A DNA stretch of 54,610 nt, filler included, from Diploschistes diacapsis (Eukaryota), in NCBI GenBank assembly GCA_023645945.1. It is 4 parts of 4 records of this genome, joined end to end, with 100 filler letters (N's around TTAATTAATTAA, not from the genome) between each part and the next. Parts side by side here need not be neighbours in the genome. Positions count along the whole stretch, not along the records: positions 13,685 to 27,262 come from JALAIB010000644.1; positions 27,363 to 40,939 come from JALAIB010000645.1; 2 more parts are not named here. One strand, 5' to 3'. A program made the translations under genes and the position numbers. The notes under the pieces are model-generated. The model saw nothing but the letters and a program-made list of their open reading frames with translations, had not been told where the DNA came from and made no database searches. How positions within the stretch are numbered: position 1 is the stretch's first letter; each line of letters begins with the position of its first letter. This document shows positions 23,622 to 36,695 of the stretch, in pieces.

Positions 23622-26600
23622 ATGGCCCCTAGATACAGGGAAAGGGATACTGTCATTGCGTTCAATGGGAAATGGATATCTTGGGCGCATACTGTGGTCG
23701 CATATTCAGCGTTTTTAGGTGCATTGGCCGTCGGAATCGCTCTGCATTATCACAAGATTGTACAAAATGAGCACTATGTCTGTCTTCCAATCTAGCAATC
23801 TATGCCTTGCCTGTTAATCGGCTTCTCAGGGTTATCCTCAGGAATGGTTTCCTTCGGTTTCGTCCACCATTGGAGACCGGTATCCAGAGCGCTCTGTCTT
23901 TCAACTATTCATAGCAATAACATCAGGTATGATGGCAGTATTAACGAAGCAGAACGACATACTAACGTGGCAGGTCCACGATTTGCCCTCGTCTTCCTGT
24001 GGTATGTCCTTACCGCTCGACCAAACTCCTCGCTCCCAAAATTTGTGGCGTACACCGGTATCTTTCGAACTATAACTTGTGGTGGATGGACATATGTGAC
24101 TTCAACGGATGATCATAATTGGCACGATATTTTCATGATATCCTATCTTGTGGCTACGCTGCCCTGGACTCTCGGCTGTCTTGCCCTCAGCCCTAAAAAT
24201 CCAACAGCTATCAGGTACCGAAAGATATTTGCGGGCCTGTTCTTCTCTACACTGGTGCCCCTGATCTACTTCTTCATCCAGCATAAAGTCCACAAAGTCG
24301 CTGGAGGTATGGACGAATACCACCTTTAGGGTTTGGAGAAGATGCTGATATATCTTTAGCCTATACCATCTATGCTTTCTTCGAGTGGGCCCTCGTTCTC
24401 TTCGATGTTAGCTTTGACGCGGTAACAGCCCTGGACTTCGCGAATTTCGAGCTTGTGGTGAGGGATGTAACTGGAGCAAGCCAAGGGTACGTGGACTGGC
24501 TTCCGAAGTAACCCAAAGTAGGGCTATTGGCGTTCTCACTGGCGACGGTTCTAACAGCTCATCTGATAGAGGCTCGAAGTTGCTTTCGGACGAGTTTGGT
24601 GAAATGGAAAAGGACAAACCCATCGGTAGTGCTCTTAGCACTCCCGTTTCATGGAACGGAATCCTTGATGCCCTAGCGGAGACTTATAATGGCTTTGTAT
24701 TCTGGTCTATGCTAACTTCGCTTGGACTCGTTGTTTGGTACTTCCCTTTATGGCATATGGGAATCTCGGGGTTCGAAGCCTTCGTCATGTCAACAATATC
24801 TCCATATCTGCTTGGCATTGGACCATGCCGAAGTCTTGTCGTTCGCAATATCCGTTCAATCCACCTTCTCTCGATTATCGGACTTCTCTCCTATCTTATC
24901 AAAAGACCCGATCTTCGCCTGTGCGCTGTTGGCTTCGGGGTAGCCATGTCCTGCCTAGGATGGTCTGCAACATGGTTCGCCGAGCGAGGATCTCCCGGTC
25001 GCCTTGAAAACAGAGCAATAGCGTGGGCTGCTGGGTTGATTCTCTCTAGTGTTGCCAAGTTCGCATTTCAAACGAACAATCCCATCTGGCCGATCATGCA
25101 TGCACCAAACGGAGGCTGGAACAAACTCGGAATCGCACTAGCTTTCGTCGCTATGCTCAGGTCCACACGTCGGAAAGACTCTAATGAAGGTGGTTTTGAC
25201 ACTCCGAGCAAGTCATCCGGCCCAGCTTTTCTTGCGAGCTTTGGGCTGGCCGGATTGTTCTATGGACTTCACTCTTTTCTTTCTGACTCGAGTACAATGA
25301 TTCTGTGGGTGTGGGAGGGATTCCCCGTCAGAGGACCTATCGCTGTGCATGGAGTGCTGACGATTTTCGCTATGGTAGCTGGCCTGTGCTCGAGCTTTTA
25401 TTATCGAGATACTATTACCCCTCGGATACGGTTCCTTATTGCTGCTATAGGAGCCTTCCTGGTGACTGCTACGAATCACTGGACAGGGTTTCTAGGTGCT
25501 TTAGGCGTGGCTTTTGGCTTTACCTCGCTCGCTGTACCCTTAGTCGTCTCTGCTGCCCGCCACAACCCGGGCGTAACATTCGGCACAGGGTTCCTGCTTT
25601 ACAATTTTATGGTCTTAGCTCATGTATGGGTGGTTGCATATGCTTTTGTACCGGGTGGTCCCTTGATGCGAGAGCATACGGATTGGGTGGTGACTATGAC
25701 CATTGTTTTACTAGGGCTCGGTGTTCTCAACCTACCAGGCAACGCTACAAAGGGCCGATGGAAGCAGCATAATTATGGTCGCATGAAGAGCCCATACTAT
25801 GTCTACATTCTTGCGGCTATTCAATTGCTCGCAGTCTCCATCGCGTATCTCCGGTTTCCCACTAACGACTACAAGCCATACCACAAGGAAGACAAAGTTA
25901 TCACGGCCGGCATCTGGACCATCCACTTCTCTCTAGACAATGACATGTGGTCATCTGAATACCGTATGAGAGATGTTCTAAAAGAGCTCGAGCTCGATGT
26001 CGTTGGACTCCTTGAGACCGATAACCAGAGAATAATCATGGGGAACCGCGACCAGACTCAGTTCCTGGCTGAGGAGCTTAGCATGTATGTCGACTACGGC
26101 CCAGGCCCAGATAAGCATACCTGGGGCTCTGCACTACTTTCCAAATTCCCAATTGTCAATTCCACGCATCACCTGCTGCCTTCGCCCGTCGGCGAATTAG
26201 CCCCTGCGATTCATGCAACGATCGAAGCATACGGCACATTCGTCGACATTTTCGTCTTCCACTCCGGTCAGGAAGAAGACCCTGAAGACCGGCGGCTTCA
26301 GTCCGAGTATCTTGCGAAACTTATGAGAGAAACTCCACGACCGGCCATACTGCTCAGCTACCTTGTCATCAAACCTGGGGAGGGCAACTACAACACCTAC
26401 GTTGGTGAGAAGAGCGGAATGAGAGATATAGATCCCAGTGATTGGGATCGCTGGTGTGAATACATATTGTACAAAGGCCTCAAGAGGAGCGGCTACGCGA
26501 GAGTTTCCCGATCCACCATCACCGACACTGAGATTCAGGTAAGCCTTCCGATCCTTTTTGTGATTTGCCTCCCGGCTAATGTGAACTAGGTCGGCAAATT

Positions 26601-26775
26601 CATTGTGGGAGAGCCGGAAGGCACAGACGAGCGCATCACCGAGTCGCAGGTAGTGGAGGGACAGCGCTTCCCTACGTTGTTCCGTGGGGAGGGTGTGCGG
26701 GGACACAGATACCATGTGTTTGATGAACCTCGTTATTTCGCGGGAGCAGAATATGAATACGAATTGCAGGAGTGA
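23622..26775 (+). CDS. CWH43: Calcofluor white hypersensitive protein Cwh43 (GPI lipid remodelling; Frag1/PGAP2 domain plus C-terminal phosphoesterase-like domain)
   Basis: [101 protein letters not shown]. About five introns; TGA at 26773-26775. Confidence 0.93.
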
Positions 26776-26970
26776 AGCAGGCCCACTCCAACGCAACAGG
26801 ACGACACTAGACATGGAATGTAAAAATTTTCCCAGCGCCCCATGAGCTCTGCTTCAGAAGCATCGTCACAATTTCGTTTAGTAAAAGTTGCGTCCTTAGA
26901 GGCCCATTCTCTTTTTAATATGGCTTTCAAGGATGCTTTCGGGGTATCATAAATGACCAAAAGACAATCT

Positions 26971-27262
26971 TCAGGCCCTAGCAGCCGCCACCGCCGCCTG
27001 CACAACCCTCCTCCCCTTCTCCCCACCCAGATAATCATGCCCTTCCCCTCCCACATCCGCCATCTGGTCCGCCTCCAGCTCCAAACTCGCCTCGTAAGCC
27101 CTCACCACCATCTCCTCGTCAACCCTACAGCCCGCCTCGACCAGGGCGCGAATGCACCCGGCCAGCCTCGAAATCTCCCTCCTCGTCCTCGCCGGAATCT
27201 CCTCGTTCTGACTGGAATACACGCTCGCACCAACCTGCTCCTCCAGCCTCGTGATACCTGCC
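26971..27262 (-). CDS. 3' end of an unidentified protein, truncated by the contig edge
   Basis: Frame is open from the contig edge (AGITRLEEQVGASVYSSQNEE..LVEAGCRVDEEMVVRAYEASL..) with coding-like composition. Family not recognised. Confidence 0.5.
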
Positions 27263-27362
27263 NNNNNNNNNNNNNNNNNNNNNNNNNNNNNNNNNNNNNN
27301 NNNNNNTTAATTAATTAANNNNNNNNNNNNNNNNNNNNNNNNNNNNNNNNNNNNNNNNNNNN
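27263..27362. other. Artificial contig linker
   Basis: N44-TTAATTAATTAA-N44. Confidence 0.98.
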
Positions 27363-27432
27363 TTATTATAGTTTTGTTATTATATCACGTGCTCGGTAAC
27401 TAGGCTCTGCTCGGGTACTAGGGTCACGACTC
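27363..27432. mobile_element. Terminal fragment of a Fot1/pogo-like DNA transposon
   Basis: Minus strand reads TA|GAGTCGTGAC-CCTAGTACCCGAGC-AGAG-CCTAGTTACCGAGC, a terminus with two internal direct repeats next to TA, at an AT-rich contig edge. Confidence 0.5.
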
Positions 27433-27953
27433 TACCTCAACACCCTGAAGTACTCCATAACCTGAATCTGTTATATAACTATATCAAGTTTTTAGTTTCA
27501 AGATGCAAGATAAATCTTTCTATTTCACTCATGGAAATGATGTGGAATACGGTATGTAGTGTCTAGGGATCGTGTTTTTGTTGCTTGGTTATATTACAAA
27601 GTGTCAAGTACAGCGCCGCCATAGGAGATATTCAGGGCCGTACACCGACAGATATCGACAATGTTGGACCGTATTGGGTCGGCTAGAGCACAAAATACAC
27701 TGACCAAGCTGGCTTTAGAAAAGGGGGCTGTATCGCGATATTAACAGCATGGTGTAGGAGTGCCTGGTGAAATGCTCCTTCAAATTCTCCAACAACTCAA
27801 CGTAACAGCGGCTGTAGTCCAGTCAGCTAAGAGCGGCCTTTGTCCGACAGACGACGGCGTGCGCAAGAACTTATTCGTTTCTGATACTGGCATTCGCTTC
27901 GGTTAACCTTTCATCTTGTAGAGAAAGATAATATAAACAATACCCCCTTGAAT

Positions 27954-27975
27954 TCTCTCTCTCTCTCTCTCTCTC
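27954..27975 (+). repeat. (TC)n microsatellite immediately before a start codon
   Basis: About 11 TC units ending 4 nt upstream of ATG 27980. Confidence 0.85.
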
Positions 27976-27979
27976 CAAC

Positions 27980-30679
27980 ATGAACGGCCTGAAGTATATT
28001 CACGGCTTCCGAACCGCCGAGCCATCAAAGCCAATCGTTCCCGTGCCCGCTGATAGGCCGCATCAGCCAACCCAGGACCTTGGCGGTGGCATCGCCCCCT
28101 ACCCTGTGCCAGAATCTGAACCCCAGGCCATGTTGCTTAACAACGTCAGTTATTTCAACAAAGATGTAAACTTTGTATGGCCCATGCTGACAGACAGAAA
28201 AGCAAGCGACCATGGCAGGCCAGTCCACTACGAAAGATCCGGTCTCGATGCATCTCCTCATGGAGACTGCGATCGGTGACAGCGAGCACTATGACGTTCT
28301 TTCACAAACTGAGCTGGATTCGCTAAAGCGGGAACTTGTGCGAGTATCAGGTCAATTGAACACCTCGAGACACCAGCTTGTGCTAGACACAAAGGTTCGA
28401 GATGCCGCACGATCCATGGACAGGCTATCCGCAGTTCCAACCAAGGACGTTGCGAAGCCGGGCAGCAGAGGAAAGGGGGGCGATGCAGTGAGGGACACCC
28501 CCGAGATGGCGCAAAGCGTCAAGAGGTGCGAAGAGTTGACTGAAGAGATTACGCACCTGGAGAAAGAGGAATATCGGCTACAGAAGCGGCTGCTCGAACA
28601 TACCGCAGGTGTTCTGCAGCTGACGCACAAAGGCTATCTCAAGAAAGATCCGAGTCCCGAGGATATCAAGAACGGGCAGTTCATTTCCGGCATGAATCCA
28701 GACGGCGAGTTTGGAGGTCTCGGGCAGTATGCGCTCTACGAGCAGGTCCTCGACAACGAGTTGAACGGAGATAAGCCGACAGCAGAGCTTGCCGGACAGC
28801 ACCAGATAATCCTAGACGTAGAGCGCAAAGTCGAAGATCTAAATGCAAAATTACGAGATATGATACTGGAGCTGAAACCACGGAAGCTGGCCTTACCGCT
28901 ACCGCCTCCACAACTGGACGACGATCCAGATCATCTGGCCGAGGTTCTCTTCGAACAGGTGGATTTCCTCGAAAAATGTCTCCGCACGGTACACGATCTA
29001 CAAAACGCAACGGCCAGGGCCGCAGAGTCGGAAGCTGAAAGGGAGGGTCAGTTGATTCTGGGGGTGGAAAAGCGCATGGAAGACCTGAATGTGATATTGC
29101 GAGATATAATACTTGGGATGAAGCCTCGAAAAGATGACTTGCCAAATCCTGCACGCGAGCTCAGAGACGACCCGACGCATGCAGAGGACATACTGCTCGA
29201 GCAACTGGACTTTCTGGAAGCCTGTCTAAAGTCCCTGCAGAGACTAGTCGGCAGGAAACTCGAAGCTGGCGAATTCGACACATCCGAGGACCGTATAGAA
29301 GCCCTGAACAACGTTCTCTTCGATCTCATGGCTCAGAACGACCCCGAACGAGCGTCCAAATACTTTCCCCCTCCCAAATCCGACGGCACCACGATACTCG
29401 ATCAGTTCATCTACCTCCAGCAAGGCCTCAAGGCCGTCGACCGGCGCATGGGCGAGCTCGGCGACTTTGAAGACACCGCTGCGGAAAAACTAGCTAGCTA
29501 CCAAAATCGCGCCGAGCAATACGCCTCCGTCATCGGTGGCCTCTGGGATATATTAACAGCGGAAGACCACGAGGCTGCCCTGCGCTCTGGCCTGCCCCCA
29601 CCACAGGATAATTTTTCGCTGCAAGCCTTCTCGGCAAAAGTCCAAGAGCTCCACGCCACCCACCTCGACCTCCTCGACCAGAAAGCCGTCCTCACGCGCC
29701 AAATTCAGCAACAGCGCGAACTAGGCGCCACGGCCGACAGCACGCGGGACCAGCGTATGGACAGCATGCGCGAGGAGAACACGGCGCTCAAATCGCAACT
29801 ACAGATCACATCCGAAGAAGCCGCAGCGCATCTGGAGAAGCTCAATCTCGCAGCCGCGGAGCTCTCGGCCGCGAAGAACATGCTCTCCATGCGCGACGCC
29901 CAGACCGGGCTCTCGTCGTCGAAAGCGCTGGATGAGGAGAAGGCTGGGAGATTGCTGGCGGAGGAGCAGCTGACGGCCCAGACGGCCCTGGCTGTGCTGG
30001 CCGAGACGTCGGCCAAGGAGCTCGAGTCCGCAATGGTGCGGCTGCGGACGGAGTTGACGATCGCCAAGGCGGAGCTAGACTCGGCGCACGGCACGCGGGC
30101 GCAGCGCGCGGCGGAGGCGGCGGCGGACCCAACGCTGCAAGCGAGGATCCAGACGCTGCAGGACGAGCTGGGCGAGACGATTGCCGACTACGAGGCCATG
30201 ACAAAGGCGACGATCGAGTACGAGAAGGAGAGGGAGGGGCTGGAGGCGACGGTGGACGGGCTGAGGGATAAGGTGGAGAGTTTGGAGGGGGCGTTGGCGG
30301 AGGAGCGGATCGCGGGGATGGGGGTGAGGAGTCCGGGGATGGAAAGTACGAGGTCGACGGGGGTAGGGGGGACGAGCGTGAGTTTGTTGAGGGGCGAGTT
30401 TCGGAAGATGATGAAGGAGACGAAGGAGGCGCACGGGCAAGAGAAGGCGAGGTTGAGGGAGGAGCTTAGGGTGAGTTTTTTCTTGTGTTGCTGCTGGGGT
30501 TTAGGCACTCTCCGCCTTCTTTTTTTCTGTCTGATACTTTCCTTTATTCATTTCTGTGAGCTGGCTTTAAGAGATGTGGTGCTGACTCCAGTCAACAGGG
30601 CGAGCAGAGAAGAAACCGAGAACTAGAGACCAGGCTCAAGGGCCTGGAGAGAGAGCTCGCAGCTGCAAAGCGGAAGTAG
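27980..30679 (+). CDS. Uds1 (up-regulated during septation) domain coiled-coil protein
   Basis: DPVSMHLLMETAIGDSEHYDVLSQTELDSLKRE..KVRDAARSM..RLLEHTAGVLQLTH, then long coiled coil. Intron 1 starts at 28145 (acceptor uncertain). Last intron 30471-30598; TAG at 30677-30679. Confidence 0.82.
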
Positions 30680-31598
30680 ATGCCGCCTCGGAGAAGAGGG
30701 CGCAAGCTGAAGGACCTGACATGTTTTTAATGATTGATGTAAGATATTGATTGGTGCATCGGTCTGGTTTTGCATGGAAGTCAGGGTTGGGCTATTGTAT
30801 ACGTATGTTTACACCGCATGGCCATGGCGAGGGCGTTTTGGGGAAGGATGAGCATGTTTGTCTTGCTGATAACGATGGCTATGGGAGGAATGTAGATATT
30901 AGTTGCTGGGGTTACTACATCTTCTGTGATAGATTCCGGCAAATATGTTCACTTAAGGGAAGTTTCGTGAGTAATTCAGTTGTCTGCGTATCGGACTTTC
31001 TTACCTTATCTAAGTGCCTACCTGCTCTATGCGTCCCTAGTATAGGTAGAATACGTCTCGATTCTACATCCCCACACAAAGCCCCCTTATCGCTCCCAGA
31101 TGGCCAACCTTGCTGCATAACCTGCTAATTTCCGTACCTGAAGGACACATTTTCCACGTTACTGCCTAGTAATACCTACATTGCTTGCTTCATCCGAGTT
31201 CATGCTTGTGGCAGAGTTATAAACCTTCAGCGTTCTTCGTCTGTTAATTGCTTTTTCCTCTGGGTGTGGCGTACATACCCTCGATGAAGATCCTAGATAA
31301 AGGGAAGCTCGATAGAGACCGATAAGAACGGACACTCCATCACTATATACATGCATGTAGGGCTGTGTCCGCGATTTTCATCTTAAGCTTCATTTCTACC
31401 CTTTGCCACCATTGTCGGTTTTGGTATCGTGTAAATCTGCTTTGGGTCTGCCCCTGCGCTACTTCAGGCCTCTGTTGCCTCTTTGTTGGTGTTGAAAAGC
31501 TCCGGTCTACATTGCGTTCGCTAGTTGTCGAGGTTGTCGCCCTGGTTGTGGATCGCTCTCTCTGCTTGTGCTCATGAGACAGGGAATCTCCCTCCCAA

Positions 31599-33509
31599 AT
31601 GGACGACTTTTCCGAGCAACGATCCTTCCACTCTCCTACCGAGAAGGGGCTATGCTCCACGGTGCGGCAAGTCATCAGGAAGTTCACCACGAAGTACTAC
31701 TCTCTCTTCGGCCTTTCCTCTTTCCTGCTAACCACTGCAGAGACGGCTTAGTAGGAGACTATGACTACGCCTTCCTGTTCCGGCCAACCCTCCCTTTCAT
31801 GCGCCGCCCTCACCGCGCCGCCCCCTTCTTCTCCCTCAACTCCTCTCTCCCCCTCCTCCTGGCCCTCCTGCTAGGTTTCCAACATGCTCTCTCCATGCTT
31901 GCCGGCATCATAACCCCGCCCATCATAATCGCCAGCTCCGCAAACTTCGACGCCTTGACTTCTCAGTACCTGGTCTCAACTTCCCTTATCGTCTCCGCCA
32001 TCCTGTCCTCAGTACAGATCACCCGCTTCCATATCTTGAAGACGCCGTACTATATTGGCACCGGCCTGATCAGCGTTGTGGGCACATCCTTCGCTATCAT
32101 CCCCGTCAGCTCGGGCGCGTTCACGCAGTTCTATGCCAACGGCATCTGCAAGACAAATGCAGACGGCACGAAGTTACCCTGTGTCGAGGGGTACGGGGCC
32201 TTGCTTGGTACAGCGTGCTGCTGCGCGCTGCTTGAGGTCCTCCTGTCCTTCATGCCGGCCCGCATCTTGAAAAGGATTTTCCCACCCCTGGTGACCGGGC
32301 CAACGGTCACGCTTATCGGTATCTCGCTCATTCAGTCCGGCTTCCAGGATTGGGCGGGGGGTTCGAACGGGTGCGCGGCGAGGCCGACGAGCGGGATCTA
32401 CCGGCTGTGTCCGACGATCTACGCGCCCAAGCCACTGCCGTGGGGGAGCGCCCAGTTTGTAGGACTGGGGTTCCTCGTGTTTGTTTCGATTTTGTTGCTG
32501 GAGCGGTTCGGGGCGCCGATCATGAAGAGCTGTGCGGTGGCGCTGTCTTTGCTAATTGGGTGTATTGTGGCGGCGGCGACGGGGTACTTTGATCGTTCGG
32601 GGATCGATGAGGCGCCCGCTGCGTCGTTCGTCTGGGTGAAGACGTTCCCGTTGAGCATCTATGGACCGCTGGTCTTGCCGTTGCTGGCGGTTTTCATAGT
32701 CTTGGCCATGGAAGCTATAGGGGATATCACCGCCACGTGCGACGTTAGCAGAATTGAAGTCGAGGGCGCTGAATTCGATTCTCGTATCCAAGGCGGCGTG
32801 CTCGCGGACGGTTTGAACGGGCTCCTTGCTGGTCTCTGCACGATCACCCCATTGAGGTGAGTCTAACCCAAATTCATTCGAAGAGGCAGGAACAAGTCTC
32901 TGACAGTAAGAAACAAAAAGCACATTCGCACAGAACAACGGCGTCGTTGCACTAACCCGCTGCGCCAATCGCTTCGCCGGCTACTGCGCCTGCTTCTTCC
33001 TGCTGATGATGGGCATCTTCTCCAAGTTCGCCGCCGCCCTCGTTGCCATCCCATCGAGCGTGCTCGGCGGCGTGACCACCTTCCTCTTCTCCTCGGTCGC
33101 CGTTTCTGGTATCCGCATCATCAGCACGGTGCCTTTTACGCGGCGCAACCGCTTCATCCTGACGGCGTCGTTCGCCGTCGGATTCGGGGCGACGCTCGAG
33201 CCGACGTGGTTCTCCTATGTTTTCGCCTATACTGGCGGCGATGCCAGGGGAGGTTTCTTCGACGCCATCGAGCTCGTTCTCGAGACGGGGTTCGCGGTCA
33301 CGGGGTTCTTGGCAATGTTCTTGAACCTGGTGCTGCCGGAGGAGGAAGAGGACGAGCCGAGAGAGTTGACGGCCAATATAGCCGACGATGCAGATGATAG
33401 GGAGGAGTGGGAGAGAATCAGGAAAGCAGAGGGACATCCTAGGAGCGCGGACAGACATGATCTTGAGACTAGCGAAGCGGATGTAGAGAAGGGGGTGGCT
33501 GGTGTCTGA
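31599..33509 (+). CDS. uapC: Uric acid/xanthine permease (NAT/NCS2 family, UapA/UapC-like)
   Basis: Exons 31599-31693, 31741-32856 and 32921-33509. Motifs DGLVGDYDY, LGFQHALSM, MEAIGD, NAT signature TFAQNNGVVALTRCANR and VLETGFAV. Confidence 0.93.
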
Positions 33510-35053
33510 CAGCGTCCTTGCCGCCAAGAGCTACCTGTACCTACATATGCTAGCCCAACCGTACTCACCGTTTCCGCCCAAAGCACACTGCAATCCCCAT
33601 ACTCCGCTCCCATTCCGCCCACGCAGCCTCAAAATCCCTCCGCATCCGCCCTCTCATCGCTCCAGCCTTCCTCTCATTGTCTTCATATTCCAGCGTCGTG
33701 TTTAGATTCTAATACATATACGGGGGGGGGGTTTTTTTTGCCGTAATAGCTCGGCGTGGAGGGATGATTGGGAGGTTGCTTTAGACGTTTGAAGATTTGA
33801 GGGCACTGTCAAGTAGATAAAGAACGGCCTATTGATTCAGAGAGAAGCTATTTCGTGTACGAATTGTCGATTTCATTATCTTTTTGGATTTTACCTGGGG
33901 TGCTACTACTATAGCAGCAGGCTTCTTTGCTTCTACTACTTACGGAGATACTAAAGTTTTGCTTTTATACCAGATAATCCCGAGATGGATCAGGAGCTGT
34001 ATGGAGAAAAGTGAGAATATTATCACGTAATACGAGCGTATATGGCTTGTTTTTATGGGACCTAACTTTAGCGTGTATACAGATGAATTGTCAGCCCTAC
34101 GAGATTTGTATGGGACAGGGTGGTCGTCTCCGGCTGTGCTCAGCTTTTAGAGTGTCTCTTGCTCGGTCTGCTCAATTTCTAGCCAGAAGAGGTGACAAAG
34201 CGCTAAATCCCGCGTCTGCGAATGGACCTTGACAGGACGCCGACCTCGTTATCCCGTGCCGCCCTCGCTCACGGTCCTTGTGCTATTGATCCTTGCGCAA
34301 CTCACCTCGGCGAGGTCACGGGAGATCAACATCAGCCCTACCGCTCTTCACTGTGTATCTAATCTGTCTATTACGGTATCACTATCCATGAGCATTAAGG
34401 ATCGACCAAAGCCGTAGGTCGGCGATCATTTAACCATCGATTCCTGAAAGATGTCCAATCCTTACGTGGAAGGGATATGGGTGGTAGCTTGGTGATCCTG
34501 CCGCGCGAAGCTACCATGAGGCCGTTTGTGGCGGCAATCAAAAGCGTGAGGGGTGTGCACAATCCGAAAGCCCGAGAAAATAGGCTGGTGCCGGACTACT
34601 GCATACGGTTCGAAGCTCAGCTGTCAAAACATGATCTTCTGACAGTTCGTTTATGTAAACAGGTATTTGGAGGCTCTGGGGGAAGTGGTATGCTCTCTTA
34701 CTAAACAGACTGCAGTGACTTCGGCGATGTTAGATCGATCCACTTTCACTCTGAATGGAGCTTGCGCGTTCGGCCCTTCGTCCCACTTAGGGGACGCTGT
34801 TCAGGCACTTCAGGCGTCTAGAATTCGTCTTGGTCATGAGTATGGTACCGTGCAAGATTAATAATGCCTGGACCTAGACTTGGAAGGTGACCAACTGCCA
34901 CTTTTCCCCCTTTCGATGTAAGTAATCCAAGGAGTACTCTCTCTTCTGTTTCTCTTCCAGCGTTCGACTTTGTTACTGTCACATCATATATCATCTCTAT
35001 TGCATATTCAACCTTCTATGTTTGCCTTGATATCTGGGTATCCTACCAGCACC

Positions 35054-36121
35054 ATGGTTTCCGCCGCTCTTCGCAGCCTGCTAGCTGGCTCCCTTTTTGG
35101 CGTTGGACTCACCTATGCGGCCGTCTATTTCCCATTAACCATTATCGATCAACTGCTCGTGAAGAACTTGCACATGTTGCGTGTCTTCTTGACGGGCACT
35201 GCAAGTAGCACGTATGGCTATTACCCTGTCCTGCTCCCAATATCTCAATACCTCATCGGATATCCTCTGCTGAGTACAGCAAGCTAAGTCTACGTTTATA
35301 GGATTGTCATAGCCACTTTCACCCATCTCAACCTGCTTGAGGCCTCTCCAAGACCCCCTTACACTGTGGGTCTGTTCTCGCCGTATGACGCGAATATTAT
35401 CGGTGGTCTCTTGATTGGCGTCGGCATGGCTCTGACAGGCGCTTGTCCGGGAACTGTGCTACCGCAAGTCTCGATCGGCTTCGCTTCTGCTCCTCTGGCC
35501 CTTGCCGGTGCAGTCATTGGTGGTTTCCTTTGGGTCGTCGTGGGGGCAAACATAAGGAAGCCAGTTCCGCTAGCTTCTGGAGAGCAATGGACTCTCGACG
35601 GTAAAACAGGTTTAAACAAGGGGCAAACCACAACCGGACTTGTTGCCCTCTGCATGACAATGGTATTGCTTTCAACGACGATCGACGGTGGGAGGAGCTA
35701 TCTAGCACAGGGCGTCCAGGGCGGGCTAGCTATAGGCGCCGCACAAGCTGGGAGCATTCTCCTGACGAGTAATTCCATTGGATCATCGGCTGCTTACGAA
35801 GATGCGGGAAAGTGGATCCTTTGGCTTCTCCGTGGTCGCAACTCTGCGAAACCGCCACTCCAGGCGTTGTCGTTTGCTGGCGGAGCACTCCTCGGAAGCT
35901 GGGTCTATGCACGAGGAAGTAGCATCGACATTCAAGATAACAAAGCGATTTCTCCAATTTCTTCGGTAGTGGGCGGCATCTGCCTGGCATTCGGCGCAAG
36001 ACTGGCCGGTGGGTGCACATCTGGTCATGGAATAAGTGGGATGGCCACGCAGTCGGTTGCTAGTTTTGTGACGGTTGCTGCTATGTTCGGTAGTGGCATG
36101 CTTGCCATCAGGTTCTTATAA
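35054..36121 (+). CDS. YeeE/YedE (TsuA-like) sulfur-compound transport membrane protein
   Basis: Intron 35212-35301. Motifs GSLFGVGL, GGLLIGVGMALTGACPGT and FGARLAGGCTSGHGISG, with multiple Gly-rich transmembrane helices. Confidence 0.85.
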
Positions 36122-36695
36122 AGAATACTGCCTCTAATCTGTACACTATGCAGAAGAGCAGTCTATTCAGTAAGACAATAGCCTGCCAAGCGCAGGCTAC
36201 TCTTGCATGTTATGTCTGCCTGGAAGCTCAATTTGAGTATGCATGTTTCTAAGTGCATGGTCGCTCGCTGCTTGTCCGAGTACACAATCGCTGACTCGCT
36301 GATTTGCATAGAATCAATGTCCGATGCACTTAATTCCATGGTGACTACCTAGCAGCTGCTATGTACTCGAATTATTTTATCTCCTGTTAAACAATGGAAA
36401 GAACTGCGGGATCTACACTTTCCCTTTCCGAAGCCGGGCCATCGAAGTGGTCGTCAACAAAGAACTTGCATGACTGCCTGATCCGGACATGAAGGAGTCC
36501 ATGGATCATTGCAAGGCCTTCGAGTTGATGCTTGGAAGGGAAGGCTGTTTTCTTAATGTTGTTCGCATTGAGACTTTCAAACTCTACAATATCTAAAACA
36601 CTTGCACTTCGCAGTGAGCACAGTTTTCCGCGTTACTAGCTAACTAAGGCACTGCAAGTCCCTCGTGCACTTGCTTCCAAACTGTTCTTGCTCAA

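Noticed and set aside
31568..31740. ORF-track N-terminus of the purine permease
   Set aside because: Better explained by ATG 31599 plus intron 31694-31740.
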